DNA of 64,000 nucleotides. Source: Candidatus Latescibacterota bacterium (GTDB taxonomy: Bacteria > Latescibacterota > UBA2968 > UBA8231). The position numbers were made by a program, and so were the translations under genes. Numbering within the stretch: the stretch's first letter is position 1; each line of letters starts with the position of its first letter. The stretch is from contig CBDETK010000013.1 in NCBI GenBank assembly GCA_965242865.1, positions 5,549,567-5,613,566 of the forward strand. The letters run 5' to 3'. The notes under the pieces are model-generated. The model made no database searches and was not told the DNA's origin. It was given only the letters and a program-made list of their open reading frames with translations. Below are positions 8,955-17,842 of the stretch, piece by piece.

Positions 8955-10928
8955 ATGATCACCAACTCCCCCGTACTCGGGCTCTTCGCCGCCCTGCTAA
9001 TGCTGGGCGCGGCCTGTTCCCCAAGCCCGGATGACGACGCCTTAGAAAAGCACCTTCGCCTCACCCGCCAAAACCCCACCGCGCCCCCTGCGTACTACAA
9101 CTTGGCCGTAGCCTATACGCAAGCCGGTCGCTACGACGAAGCCCAGCGCAATTACGCCAAAGCACTCGACCTCGATCCAAACTATGCCCTAGCCCACGAT
9201 GGCTTGGGGCTTTTGGCGCAACGGCGCGGGGCCTTAGAAGAGGCCGCGGCCCACTTTCAAAAGGCCCTTGACCTCGACTCCACCTTGGCCTCGACGAGCA
9301 ATAATCTGGGCAACATCCACTACCAGAAAGACTCTTTAGAAAAAGCGGTCGCGGCGTATCGAGCGGCCGTGCGCCAAGCACCCGAGCACATTGCGTTCTA
9401 CATCAATCTCGCCCGCGCTTTACGAGATCGACGCGAACTGGACCAAGCGGAGGCAGTCTTGTTGCAGGCCGTTGACCGCGACCCATTTTCTCGGGAAGGC
9501 CATGCGGCTTTGGGCCATCTGTACGCGGAAAGTTTTCGCATTGAAGCCGCGATAGCCGCTTACGGCGAGGCTCTCCGCATCGCGCCGAGTGCCGACCTCC
9601 ACATCCGCTTGGGAGATGTCTATACCCGCGTCAAAAAACTGGACGAGGCGATCCGCGAGTACGAAAGCGCCTTGGAATTGGATCAAGACAACGCCGAAGC
9701 TCGCTACAAGCTGGGGGCGATCTACGCCAGCTATCAGCGCGTCCCCGAAGCCGTGGCGTGGGCCGAAAAAGCCGTCGCCCTCGATCCGACCCAGACAGCG
9801 GCCCTACAACTCTTGGCGCGGCTATACGCCAACCAAGGCTCGTACGACCAAGCCGAAAAAGCCCTGCTGCAAGCCATTGAGGCCGCTCCCAACGCGATGG
9901 AAGCCCGCAGCGAACTGGGGGCGCTCTACATCCGCCAAGCCCAGTACCAAAAGGCCGAAGCCATCTTAAAAGAAGCTGTGGCCCTGGATCCGCAGCACGG
10001 CGAATCGCGGCGGCAGTTGGGCCTGCTCTATGGCGACTTGAATCGCCCCGCGGAAGCGGCCCAGATGCTGCGCCAAGTGCTCGAAATCGATCCCATGCAC
10101 CCGGAAGCTCACTACAACTTAGCCAACGTCTTGCTCGCGCTGGGCCAAGCGACCGAGGCCGAGCGCCTGCAAAACCGCTTTGAACGCCTCGTGCGCCTCC
10201 ACAACCACATCGACCAGTTGCAGCAGATGCTAGCCGCTACCCCGGCCAACGCCGAAGCCCGCTGGCGTCTGGCACGTGCTTACCTCATGCTCCAGCAGTG
10301 GGAAAAAGCCGAAGCCCAGTACCGCTTTCTGCTCTCCAGCGCGCCGACCCATTTGGAGGCGCGTCTCCAGTTAAGCGGCCTCTACGCCCAGCGCGGCAAA
10401 TTCGCCAGTGCGCTGCGGGTGTGCCAAGAGGCCCTAGCGCACAGCCCCCCGGACTCGGCCCTCTATAAAATCTACTTCGCGCTCGGTCATCTCTATCACG
10501 CCGAGGGCCGCATTGAGGAGGCCGAAGACGCCTTAGAGCGCACCTTGGCACTCGCGCCTACCCACGCCCAAGCCTATAACAATCTGGGCAACATCTATCT
10601 AGCAAAAGACGAGCTCCAACGGGCGGCTACGGCCTACCAAAAGGCCCTTGAGGTCGCGCCCGATTTTGCCGAAGCCCACTACAACTTGGGCCGCCTCTAC
10701 GCCCACCAGAACGCGCCGGCCAAGGCTGCACGCCAGTACCAAGCCGCCCTGCGGACGGATTCTACCTACGCCAGAGCGCATTACGCCCTGGGCGTTCTCT
10801 ACCAAGAGGCCGCGCAACCCGGCCGCGCCATCCGCGCGTACGAGCATTTCCTCGCGCAGTGGCGGGGCGACCCGCGCCTCACCCAATCCGCCCAAGCGGC
10901 ATTGGCGCGGCTTACCGCTTCCGAGTGA
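8955..10928 (+). CDS. TPR-repeat lipoprotein
   Basis: RBS aaggag before ATG 8955; lipobox-like LGAAC; many TPRs (AYYNLA, AHYNLG, AYNNLGNIY). Confidence 0.88.
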   Translation: MITNSPVLGLFAALLMLGAACSPSPDDDALEKHLRLTRQNPTAPPAYYNLAVAYTQAGRYDEAQRNYAKALDLDPNYALAHDGLGLLAQRRGALEEAAAHFQKALDLDSTLASTSNNLGNIHYQKDSLEKAVAAYRAAVRQAPEHIAFYINLARALRDRRELDQAEAVLLQAVDRDPFSREGHAALGHLYAESFRIEAAIAAYGEALRIAPSADLHIRLGDVYTRVKKLDEAIREYESALELDQDNAEARYKLGAIYASYQRVPEAVAWAEKAVALDPTQTAALQLLARLYANQGSYDQAEKALLQAIEAAPNAMEARSELGALYIRQAQYQKAEAILKEAVALDPQHGESRRQLGLLYGDLNRPAEAAQMLRQVLEIDPMHPEAHYNLANVLLALGQATEAERLQNRFERLVRLHNHIDQLQQMLAATPANAEARWRLARAYLMLQQWEKAEAQYRFLLSSAPTHLEARLQLSGLYAQRGKFASALRVCQEALAHSPPDSALYKIYFALGHLYHAEGRIEEAEDALERTLALAPTHAQAYNNLGNIYLAKDELQRAATAYQKALEVAPDFAEAHYNLGRLYAHQNAPAKAARQYQAALRTDSTYARAHYALGVLYQEAAQPGRAIRAYEHFLAQWRGDPRLTQSAQAALARLTASE

Positions 10929-11052
10929 GCAGGTTTTCCGCTTGACCCGTCCCCTTGTATGCCCGAATTTTCGCCCCATGCCCACTTGCGAGCCGGGCCG
11001 GACGAGAAAGCGCGGCCTAGCGTTAGCTACCCAAAAAGAAATGAGGACCGCC

Positions 11053-11823
11053 ATGAAAACAGCCTGCGCCGGTATTTTCCTAGTCGCGCTGCTGGCCACC
11101 CAGACCGCAGCGTTTTCGCAAACCGAGTTTCACTTGCAGTACGGCAACCACAAGAATCCATTCTCGAGAGTCTCCCACGAGACCTTCGTATTTACCGTGC
11201 AACAGGCGGCGGCATGGAAATGGGGGGAGAGCTTCTTCTTTATCGATTACCTCACCGACGATGCCCGCGACGACTTCAACGACCGAGATTTCTATGGCGA
11301 GTGGTATCCAACCCTGAGTTTCGGCAAGCTGGCCAACAGGGAATTGCGCGTCGGCCCCATTCGGGATTTTGCCCTGATTGCCGGGGTCAACCTCGGCGGC
11401 GACGCCAATGTCGTGAAGTACCTGCCCGGGTTGCGGGCCTCTTGGGACCTGCCGGGATTTTTATTCTTGAATACGGACCTGTCGGCCTATATCGACGCCA
11501 ACACCGGCGTCGCGGCTGGCGGTGCTCCCCAAACCGACAACGGCTTCATGGTCGACGTCAGTTGGGCCTTGCCCTTCAAGGTGGGCAATCAGTCGTTGGC
11601 CATCGTCGGCCACGCCGAGTACCTCGGTGCCCTCACCGACGAATCTGGCAAAACCGTCAAGGGTTCCATGCTCGCTCAGCCGCAGTTCACTTGGGATCTG
11701 GGCAAAGCACTCGGCGCCCCCCATCAGCTCATGGTCGGCATCGAATACCAGTACTGGCTCAACAAGTTGGGAACGGACGAGGACGAGAGCACGGCTCAGT
11801 TGCTGCTGGTATGGCGTCTCTGA
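11053..11823 (+). CDS. Tsx/OmpK-like nucleoside-specific outer-membrane channel
   Basis: RBS gagga, signal peptide, WKWGESFFFIDY, FYGEWYP, AQPQFTWD, GIEYQYWLNKLG; adjacent to a nucleobase permease. Confidence 0.8.
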   Translation: MKTACAGIFLVALLATQTAAFSQTEFHLQYGNHKNPFSRVSHETFVFTVQQAAAWKWGESFFFIDYLTDDARDDFNDRDFYGEWYPTLSFGKLANRELRVGPIRDFALIAGVNLGGDANVVKYLPGLRASWDLPGFLFLNTDLSAYIDANTGVAAGGAPQTDNGFMVDVSWALPFKVGNQSLAIVGHAEYLGALTDESGKTVKGSMLAQPQFTWDLGKALGAPHQLMVGIEYQYWLNKLGTDEDESTAQLLLVWRL

Positions 11824-11900
11824 AGTTTTTCCCTCTTTGTGCTTTTTATGCCTCTTGTGGCCATCTACTTTGAAGTAGGGCTAAGTTTCCCGGGCAATGA

Positions 11901-12020
11901 TATAGCAGTCCTACATCATTCAAGACTGGATTCCCGCGTTCGCGGGAATGACGCCTCGTAGCAAAAAAGACGGCGTCGATGAACACTCCATGCTTTCAAG
12001 TCATTTAGGACGGCTATATA
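11901..12020. mobile_element. About 120-bp MITE with IS630-type TA ends carrying a REP
   Basis: Left tatagcagtcctacatca; right end reverse-complements to tatagccgtcctaaatga; left end nearly identical to the IS630 end at 35203 (tatagcaatcctacatcatt); REP at 11928-11952. Confidence 0.7.
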
Positions 12021-12047
12021 CCCCGCAACCTGATCGAAAGAGACGAA

Positions 12048-13778
12048 ATGGCGAGAGCAAACGAAAACATTCGCTACGAGCCGGACGAGCGCCCCCCCCA
12101 CTCGGTCGCCGCTGGCGTCGGCTTTCAGGCTGCGGTGGTCATCATCGCGCCGGTGGTGCTCAGCGCGGTCATTATTGGTCGGGCGGCCAATCAGCCGGAG
12201 AGCTACCTGACGTGGATCGCCTTCGCGGCCCTGCTGGTCAGTGGAACGAGCACGATTCTACAAGCGGCCCGGCTCGGGCGGGTCGGGGCCGGGCACGTGC
12301 TCATTATGGGCACCTCTGGAGCCTTCATCGCGGTCTGCATCACGGCCTTGGTGAAGGGCGGACCGTCCCTGATGGCGAGCCTGATCGTGGTGTCGTCGCT
12401 GTTTCAGTTTGCGCTGGCCGCCCGGCTTTCACTGCTGCGCCGGATTATCACGCCGGTGGTCGCCGGCACGGTGATCATGCTCATCGCCGTCACGGTCATG
12501 CCGATCGTGTTCGACTTGCTGGAGGACGTGCCCGAAGACCTGTCGTCGGCCGCGGCGCCGGCCACGGCCGGGGCGACGCTCGCGACGCTTGTGGCGTTGG
12601 CCCTGTGCGCTCCGGTGAGTTGGCGATTATGGGCACCGCTCATCAGCATCGTGGTGGGCTGCGCGGTGGCCGCCCCGTTTGGCCTGTACGACATTCAGCC
12701 CGTACTCGAAGCGTCTTGGATCGGTTTTCCCGCTAACGAGTGGCCGGGGTTGGACCTGAATTTTAGCGCGGAGTTCTGGGCGTTGCTGCCAGCGTTTGTG
12801 GTCGTCACCATGGTTGGCGCGATCGAGACCATTGGCGACGGCGTCGCCATTCAGCGGGTCTCACGGCGTCGGCCGCGGGCCACTGATTTTCGCCTAGTCC
12901 AAGGCGCACTCAACGCCGATGGCATGGGCAACCTGTTGTCCGGGCTGATCGGGACGCCCCCCAATACGACTTACTCTAGCAGTATATCGCTCGCCGAACT
13001 CACCGGGGTCGCCGCGCGCCGCGTCGGGGTGTACGTCGGGGCCATCTTTGTGGTGCTGGCCTTATCGCCCAAGGTGACGGCCCTCCTGATCGCCATTCCC
13101 AATCCCGTCGGGGCGGCTTATGTCACCCTGCTAATAGGTCTGCTTTTCGTGCAAGGGATGAAATTGATCGTTGAGGACGGTCTCAATCACCGCAAGGCCA
13201 CGGTGGTGGGGCTGTCGTTCTGGCTCGGCGTAGGCTTTCAGAATCAGGTGATTTTCGCCGACTTGCTGAGCGGGACGTGGGGCACTCTGCTCGGCAACGG
13301 CATGACCGCTGGCTGTCTTACGGCGATTGTGTTGACCGCATTCATGGAGCTAATGGCTGCGCGTCGCCGACGCCTAGAGGTCGAGTTAGCCAGCACCTCC
13401 ATGCCCAAAATCGACGAATTCCTCCGCGCCTTTGCCGCGAAAGTCGGCTGGGACGATGCGGCGACTGAGCGGCTGCGCGCCACCGGCGAAGAGACCTTGG
13501 CGATTCTGACCCAACAAGCGGGAGACGATGCGGCCGCGCACGGCCGGCACTTGATCCTCACCGCACGGCCGGCCGAAGGGTCGGTGGAGTTGGAGTTTTT
13601 GGCCGCGGTCGCCGGAGAAAATCTCGAAGATCGGCTGGCGTTCCTGAGCGAACAGCCCGAGATACTAGACGAAAGCGAGGTTTCGTTTCGCCTGTTGCGG
13701 CACTACGCCTCTTCGGTGCGGCACCAGAAATACCACGACCTAGACATCATTGCGGTGCAGGTCGAGCGCGCGCCTTAA
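12048..13778 (+). CDS. NCS2 (xanthine/uracil permease family) transporter with about 130-aa C-terminal soluble extension
   Basis: IRYEPDERPP, ETIGD, GALNADG, PNTTYSSS..TGV signature region; 12+ TM helices. Confidence 0.88.
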   Translation: MARANENIRYEPDERPPHSVAAGVGFQAAVVIIAPVVLSAVIIGRAANQPESYLTWIAFAALLVSGTSTILQAARLGRVGAGHVLIMGTSGAFIAVCITALVKGGPSLMASLIVVSSLFQFALAARLSLLRRIITPVVAGTVIMLIAVTVMPIVFDLLEDVPEDLSSAAAPATAGATLATLVALALCAPVSWRLWAPLISIVVGCAVAAPFGLYDIQPVLEASWIGFPANEWPGLDLNFSAEFWALLPAFVVVTMVGAIETIGDGVAIQRVSRRRPRATDFRLVQGALNADGMGNLLSGLIGTPPNTTYSSSISLAELTGVAARRVGVYVGAIFVVLALSPKVTALLIAIPNPVGAAYVTLLIGLLFVQGMKLIVEDGLNHRKATVVGLSFWLGVGFQNQVIFADLLSGTWGTLLGNGMTAGCLTAIVLTAFMELMAARRRRLEVELASTSMPKIDEFLRAFAAKVGWDDAATERLRATGEETLAILTQQAGDDAAAHGRHLILTARPAEGSVELEFLAAVAGENLEDRLAFLSEQPEILDESEVSFRLLRHYASSVRHQKYHDLDIIAVQVERAP

Positions 13779-13802
13779 GAAGCGGTCTGCAAACTCTGGT
13801 GG
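13776..13802. repeat. IS5-type MITE end (taagaagcggtctgcaaactctggtgg)
   Basis: 27 bp identical, inverted, at 62482-62508; partial copy at 16732-16746. Confidence 0.6.
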
Positions 13803-13942
13803 ACTACTTCTTGAAGTCCGTCGCGCTGTTTTTTCTTTTAGTGTTTACCTTCGGACTACTGCACTGGCAGTCTCAGTACTTTGTTGACACTCTCGAAATT
13901 TTAGCCAGATATTCCCAATGGTACAAACCGGAGGCGATTGCT

Positions 13943-14221
13943 ATGTCCGATCTGAGTGACCGTGTAGGTCGTATAGAGGGGGAACTCAATCATCTAGCGA
14001 CAAAATCGGATTTGGTCCAGGTGGAGGCCGAGGTGAAGGCTGAGTTGGCCGAGGTGAAGGCTGAGTTGGCCGAGGTGAAGACTGAGTTGCTTGTGCAAAT
14101 AGCTTCAATCGAAGGGCAACTGAGTATCTTGATTTGGGCGATCCCTATCGCTGTTGCTATTGTTTCTTTACTTATGCAGTGGGCCGCTCCCTATCTGTTT
14201 CAGCGTAAGAGCCAGACATAA
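13943..14221 (+). CDS. Small coiled-coil protein with C-terminal TM (DUF1640-like)
   Basis: RBS ggagg, LATKSDL motif, AEVKAEL heptads encoded by a 21-nt tandem repeat, hydrophobic C-terminus. Confidence 0.65.
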   Translation: MSDLSDRVGRIEGELNHLATKSDLVQVEAEVKAELAEVKAELAEVKTELLVQIASIEGQLSILIWAIPIAVAIVSLLMQWAAPYLFQRKSQT

Positions 14222-14394
14222 GGACAAGGCGGTTGACGTAATGAACGAGACGATGGTTAAGCATTTCACATCAGGCAGGGGTCTTGCTGTGGGGCAAAAC
14301 CCTGTTGGGTGCTTGGAATCGTCGTCAAATTTAATGTGTCGTAAGTCCTTGAAAAACAACGACTTACCCCCCCCCCCCCCCCGAAAATTCTCCG

Positions 14395-14638
14395 CTAGCA
14401 CCAAGCACTAAACGCTCTACTTTTCTGCATCGGCCGACGGATCGTGCGCGGCTGTTGGGCGTCGCGTCGGTCTGGCCGCACGATCCCAAGCGCACGCGAC
14501 CGTGCGGCCTTTATGATCTAGCACTAAGCACCACACTCTCCACTTCTCAGCATCGGCCGACGGATCGTGTGCGGCCATTGGGCGTCGCGTCGATCTGGCC
14601 GCACGATCCCAAGCGCACGCGACCGTGCGGCCTTTATG
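14395..14638. repeat. Two tandem 123-bp GC-rich structured repeats
   Basis: Units start at 14395 and 14518 (ctagcac..gcatcggccgacggatcgtg..gaccgtgcggcctttatg) with few substitutions. Confidence 0.9.
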
Positions 14639-14858
14639 CTGATCCACGTTTACTGCACGACCCCCGCAACCCGTCTGCCAAAAACCGAGGGCGGAATCTC
14701 CTCGCCCCGGACGCCGCCAGAACACTAGCAAAGACGCACCCAAAGCAAGGGGCGCGTACTGAGTGCTCCAAGCATAGCCCTAGGGCTAACTCCGCCTCTT
14801 TGGGTGCGTCATGCCTCTCTTCCAATCTCCACACCATATCCATACAAAGGAGCGAAAA

Positions 14859-16613
14859 ATGTCTTTGTTGAAATCGACAAAAACCCTGCTTGCGTTCGTC
14901 CTTTTGGGCGTCGTCGGCACTTGGATCGGCTGCTCAGACTCCGCGCCGGTCGCTTCTCGGCCAGCGGGCAAAGCCACCTGTTCCTTATGCGAATTCTTGG
15001 GCGACGACACCTACACCGCTACCGACGGGCTGCCCGCCCCGGAAAGCCCTGATACCACCCAGACCGACGCCGAAGCCGACAGTACACAAGCCGAGACCGA
15101 CGCTGACGCCGATAGCACTCAATCGGCCACCGTGGAGTTTGCCGACGCCAATCTGGAGCGGGCGGTGCGAGAGGCGTTGGACCGCCCGTCAGGGCCGCTG
15201 ACCCCGGCAGACTTGGCGGCCCTAACCGAACTCGACGCGAGCTACAAAAACATTGAGAGCGTGGCCGGCCTCGAACACGCAACAGCACTGACAACGCTGT
15301 ATCTGCGGGGCAACGCGATTACCGACGTGCAGCCGTTGGCCAGCTTGACCAACCTTCAAACGTTGTCGCTGTGGGGCAACAAGGTGGCGGATGCGAGTCC
15401 GCTGGCCAGCCTGATCCGCTTACGTACGCTGGATATGTGGGGCAACGCGATTACCGACGTCAGTCCGTTAGCTCGCCTAACGAACCTGCAATTTCTCCAG
15501 CTAGGGGACAACGCGATTGCGGACGTGAGTCCGTTGGCGAGCCTGACGAACCTGCGATGGCTGGGCGTGATGGAAAACGCCCTCAGCCAGCACGCAGCCA
15601 ACCAACAACTCGCCGCCGCGATAACAAGCGGCCTCCGCGTCGTAGCGGTACTAGAAAAATACCCCCGCGTCGAAACCGTCCAAGTCTATCCAGAGCTGCC
15701 GGAACCGACATACGCACGCCCCGCCATATACTTCACGGACGATGACAGGGGATCATATACAGATGAAAATGACAGACAGTCTCGGATTTGGCGTGCCAAC
15801 TTGGATGGCACAGGCGACCAATCCTTCGTCCTCCCTGTAGAATATGCTGAAGGACCTTTTGGACCCGAAGCCCAAGGAAGTCATCCAACAGGCATCGCGG
15901 TGGATGTGGTGAACAGAAAGATATACTGGACGGACGGGGTCCTAAGCGCTTCGATACGGCGTTCCAACTTGGATGGCAAAGGCACGGAAACCCTCGTCTC
16001 GGGATTGGGGACGACAGCGGGCATCGCGCTGGATGTGGAGAATGGAAAGATATACTGGATGAATGCGGATACTCTTGGGTCTTTCAACTTGGAGGACAGA
16101 GACCGCCAAAACCTCGTCATCGATGACTTGAATGAGCCAGCCAGCATCGCGCTGGACGTGGAGAATAGAAAGATATACTGGACGAACTGGGGCGAAGATA
16201 AGATTGAGTATGCCAACTTGGATGGGGATGGCGGTGTCTCAAGCCGCCAAGAATTCCTTGCGAGTGCTATGAATGGCGATCCGGCCGATTGGGCATCGGG
16301 CCTCGCGCTGGATGGGGTGAACAGAAAGATATACTGGGTGACTTACTCGCGCGATTCGATGGATTCGGATCGGAGCAAAATTATGTGGGCCAACTTGGCT
16401 GGGGATGGCTCATTGGATGGGGGCGCCCAAGACTGCATCACCACGGGGTTGACGACGGCATGGGGCCTCGCGGTGGATGCGGCGGGCGGAAAGATATACT
16501 GGGTGGACAGGGCCGCGCGGACGGTTGGGCGCGCCAACTTGGATTGCTCAGAACAAGAAGACATCATCACGGGGTTGCGATTTCCACTGTACATCGCGCT
16601 GGGTGTTTGGTAG
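14859..16613 (+). CDS. Lipoprotein with internalin-like LRRs and LDL-receptor class B (YWTD) beta-propeller
   Basis: RBS aaggag; WIGC lipobox; FADANLERAVREAL cap; 22-aa LRRs (ITDVSPLARLTNLQFLQLGDN); KIYWTD/KIYWMN/KIYWTN/KIYWVT/KIYWVD repeats. Confidence 0.9.
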   Translation: MSLLKSTKTLLAFVLLGVVGTWIGCSDSAPVASRPAGKATCSLCEFLGDDTYTATDGLPAPESPDTTQTDAEADSTQAETDADADSTQSATVEFADANLERAVREALDRPSGPLTPADLAALTELDASYKNIESVAGLEHATALTTLYLRGNAITDVQPLASLTNLQTLSLWGNKVADASPLASLIRLRTLDMWGNAITDVSPLARLTNLQFLQLGDNAIADVSPLASLTNLRWLGVMENALSQHAANQQLAAAITSGLRVVAVLEKYPRVETVQVYPELPEPTYARPAIYFTDDDRGSYTDENDRQSRIWRANLDGTGDQSFVLPVEYAEGPFGPEAQGSHPTGIAVDVVNRKIYWTDGVLSASIRRSNLDGKGTETLVSGLGTTAGIALDVENGKIYWMNADTLGSFNLEDRDRQNLVIDDLNEPASIALDVENRKIYWTNWGEDKIEYANLDGDGGVSSRQEFLASAMNGDPADWASGLALDGVNRKIYWVTYSRDSMDSDRSKIMWANLAGDGSLDGGAQDCITTGLTTAWGLAVDAAGGKIYWVDRAARTVGRANLDCSEQEDIITGLRFPLYIALGVW

Positions 16614-16761
16614 GCATGGAGGTTCACCTGCCCGGCTGGCATGGCGTTGAGGCGACGGGCTAAAGCCGAGCGGGAAGGACAGCGACCGCCTCTACGGCTT
16701 GTTCAAAACGACCCAAGGTAGAATTTGCGGAGCAGACCGCTTCTAACCCCCTCCGAACCCA

Positions 16762-17814
16762 TTAGAAGGTGCGCCGGACGAGAAAGTCGAGCATCTCGCC
16801 CAGCATGTCGCGCGCGGGGTTGGCCGGAAGCCGCGCGAGGTGCGCCCAGCTCTCTTCGGCCTTCTGCTCGCACACCCGCTCGACGTAGCGGTCACATTCG
16901 TAGTGCTCGACCAAGGCGATGACGCGCTCGATCTCAGCGACCGTGTTGCGCTGCCGCTCTTGGTGCAAGATCGCCAGCACTTCCGCGCGCTCGGCCGCCG
17001 TGCATTTGCCCAACAGGTCGATGATGATCAAGGTCCGCTTCCCCTCGGCAATATCCCCACCCCGCTCCTTGCCGTAGGCCCCGGAGGTAATCCCGGGTGC
17101 AGACCCGGCGTCTTGCTCGGAAGAGCGCATGTTCAGCAGGTCGTCGCGGAGCTGGAACGCGATGGCCATGGCCTCGCCAAAGTCGCCGATACCAGCGCGC
17201 AACTCCGCGTTGGCGCCGGCGATAATCGCCCCGGCCGTACACGGCCCCCGGCCAGTGTACCACCCGGTCTTTTTGCGCAACATGGTCATAAACTCGGCCT
17301 CGCTGGGAATGTAGCGATGGCGAATCCAGCCGACGTCATACGCCTGCCCCTCAAACGTCTCGCACGAGCCGCGGATCATCTCGTCCATCAAATCGAGCGC
17401 GACCTTTGCTCCCAACCCCTCGCGGTTCGCGCAGAGGATTTCAAAGACCTTGGCGTATAGGGCATCGCCGACGTTGATGGACAATGGGATGCCGTGCAGC
17501 TTGTGCAAACAGGGCTTGCCGCGCCGCAGCTCGGAATCGTCTTCAATGTCGTCGTGGACCACGGCAAATGACTGAAACATCTCAAAGGCCACGGCCGTCC
17601 GCATGGCTTTCTTCACGTCGCCGCCGCAGGCTTGGCACGCCAAGAGCACCAGCACCGGGCGAAAGCGCTTGCCGCCGCGCTCCGGGTAGTCGCGCATCAG
17701 CCGATATAGAAATGCTTCGGGCTCGCGCACGACGAGGAACGACAGCAGCTCCTCTTCTAGCTTTGGAACGTAGTGGTGCAAAAATTGGCGCAAGCCTTGG
17801 ACAACCGCAGCCAT
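16762..17814 (-). CDS. Short-chain polyprenyl (probably geranylgeranyl) diphosphate synthase
   Basis: GGKRFRP, FARM HDDIEDDSELRRGKP, SARM FQLRDDLL, DIAEGKRT. Confidence 0.9.
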   Translation of the reverse strand: MAAVVQGLRQFLHHYVPKLEEELLSFLVVREPEAFLYRLMRDYPERGGKRFRPVLVLLACQACGGDVKKAMRTAVAFEMFQSFAVVHDDIEDDSELRRGKPCLHKLHGIPLSINVGDALYAKVFEILCANREGLGAKVALDLMDEMIRGSCETFEGQAYDVGWIRHRYIPSEAEFMTMLRKKTGWYTGRGPCTAGAIIAGANAELRAGIGDFGEAMAIAFQLRDDLLNMRSSEQDAGSAPGITSGAYGKERGGDIAEGKRTLIIIDLLGKCTAAERAEVLAILHQERQRNTVAEIERVIALVEHYECDRYVERVCEQKAEESWAHLARLPANPARDMLGEMLDFLVRRTF

Positions 17815-17842
17815 GTTCAGCCTTTCGTCGGGAAGGGCGCAT

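Noticed and set aside
10930-11050. Purine/xanthine riboswitch upstream of the porin and NCS2 permease
   Set aside because: The context fits, but I could not match any known aptamer consensus by eye; an Rfam scan is needed.
14395-14638. CRISPR array
   Set aside because: Only two long units, no unique spacers and no cas genes in the window.
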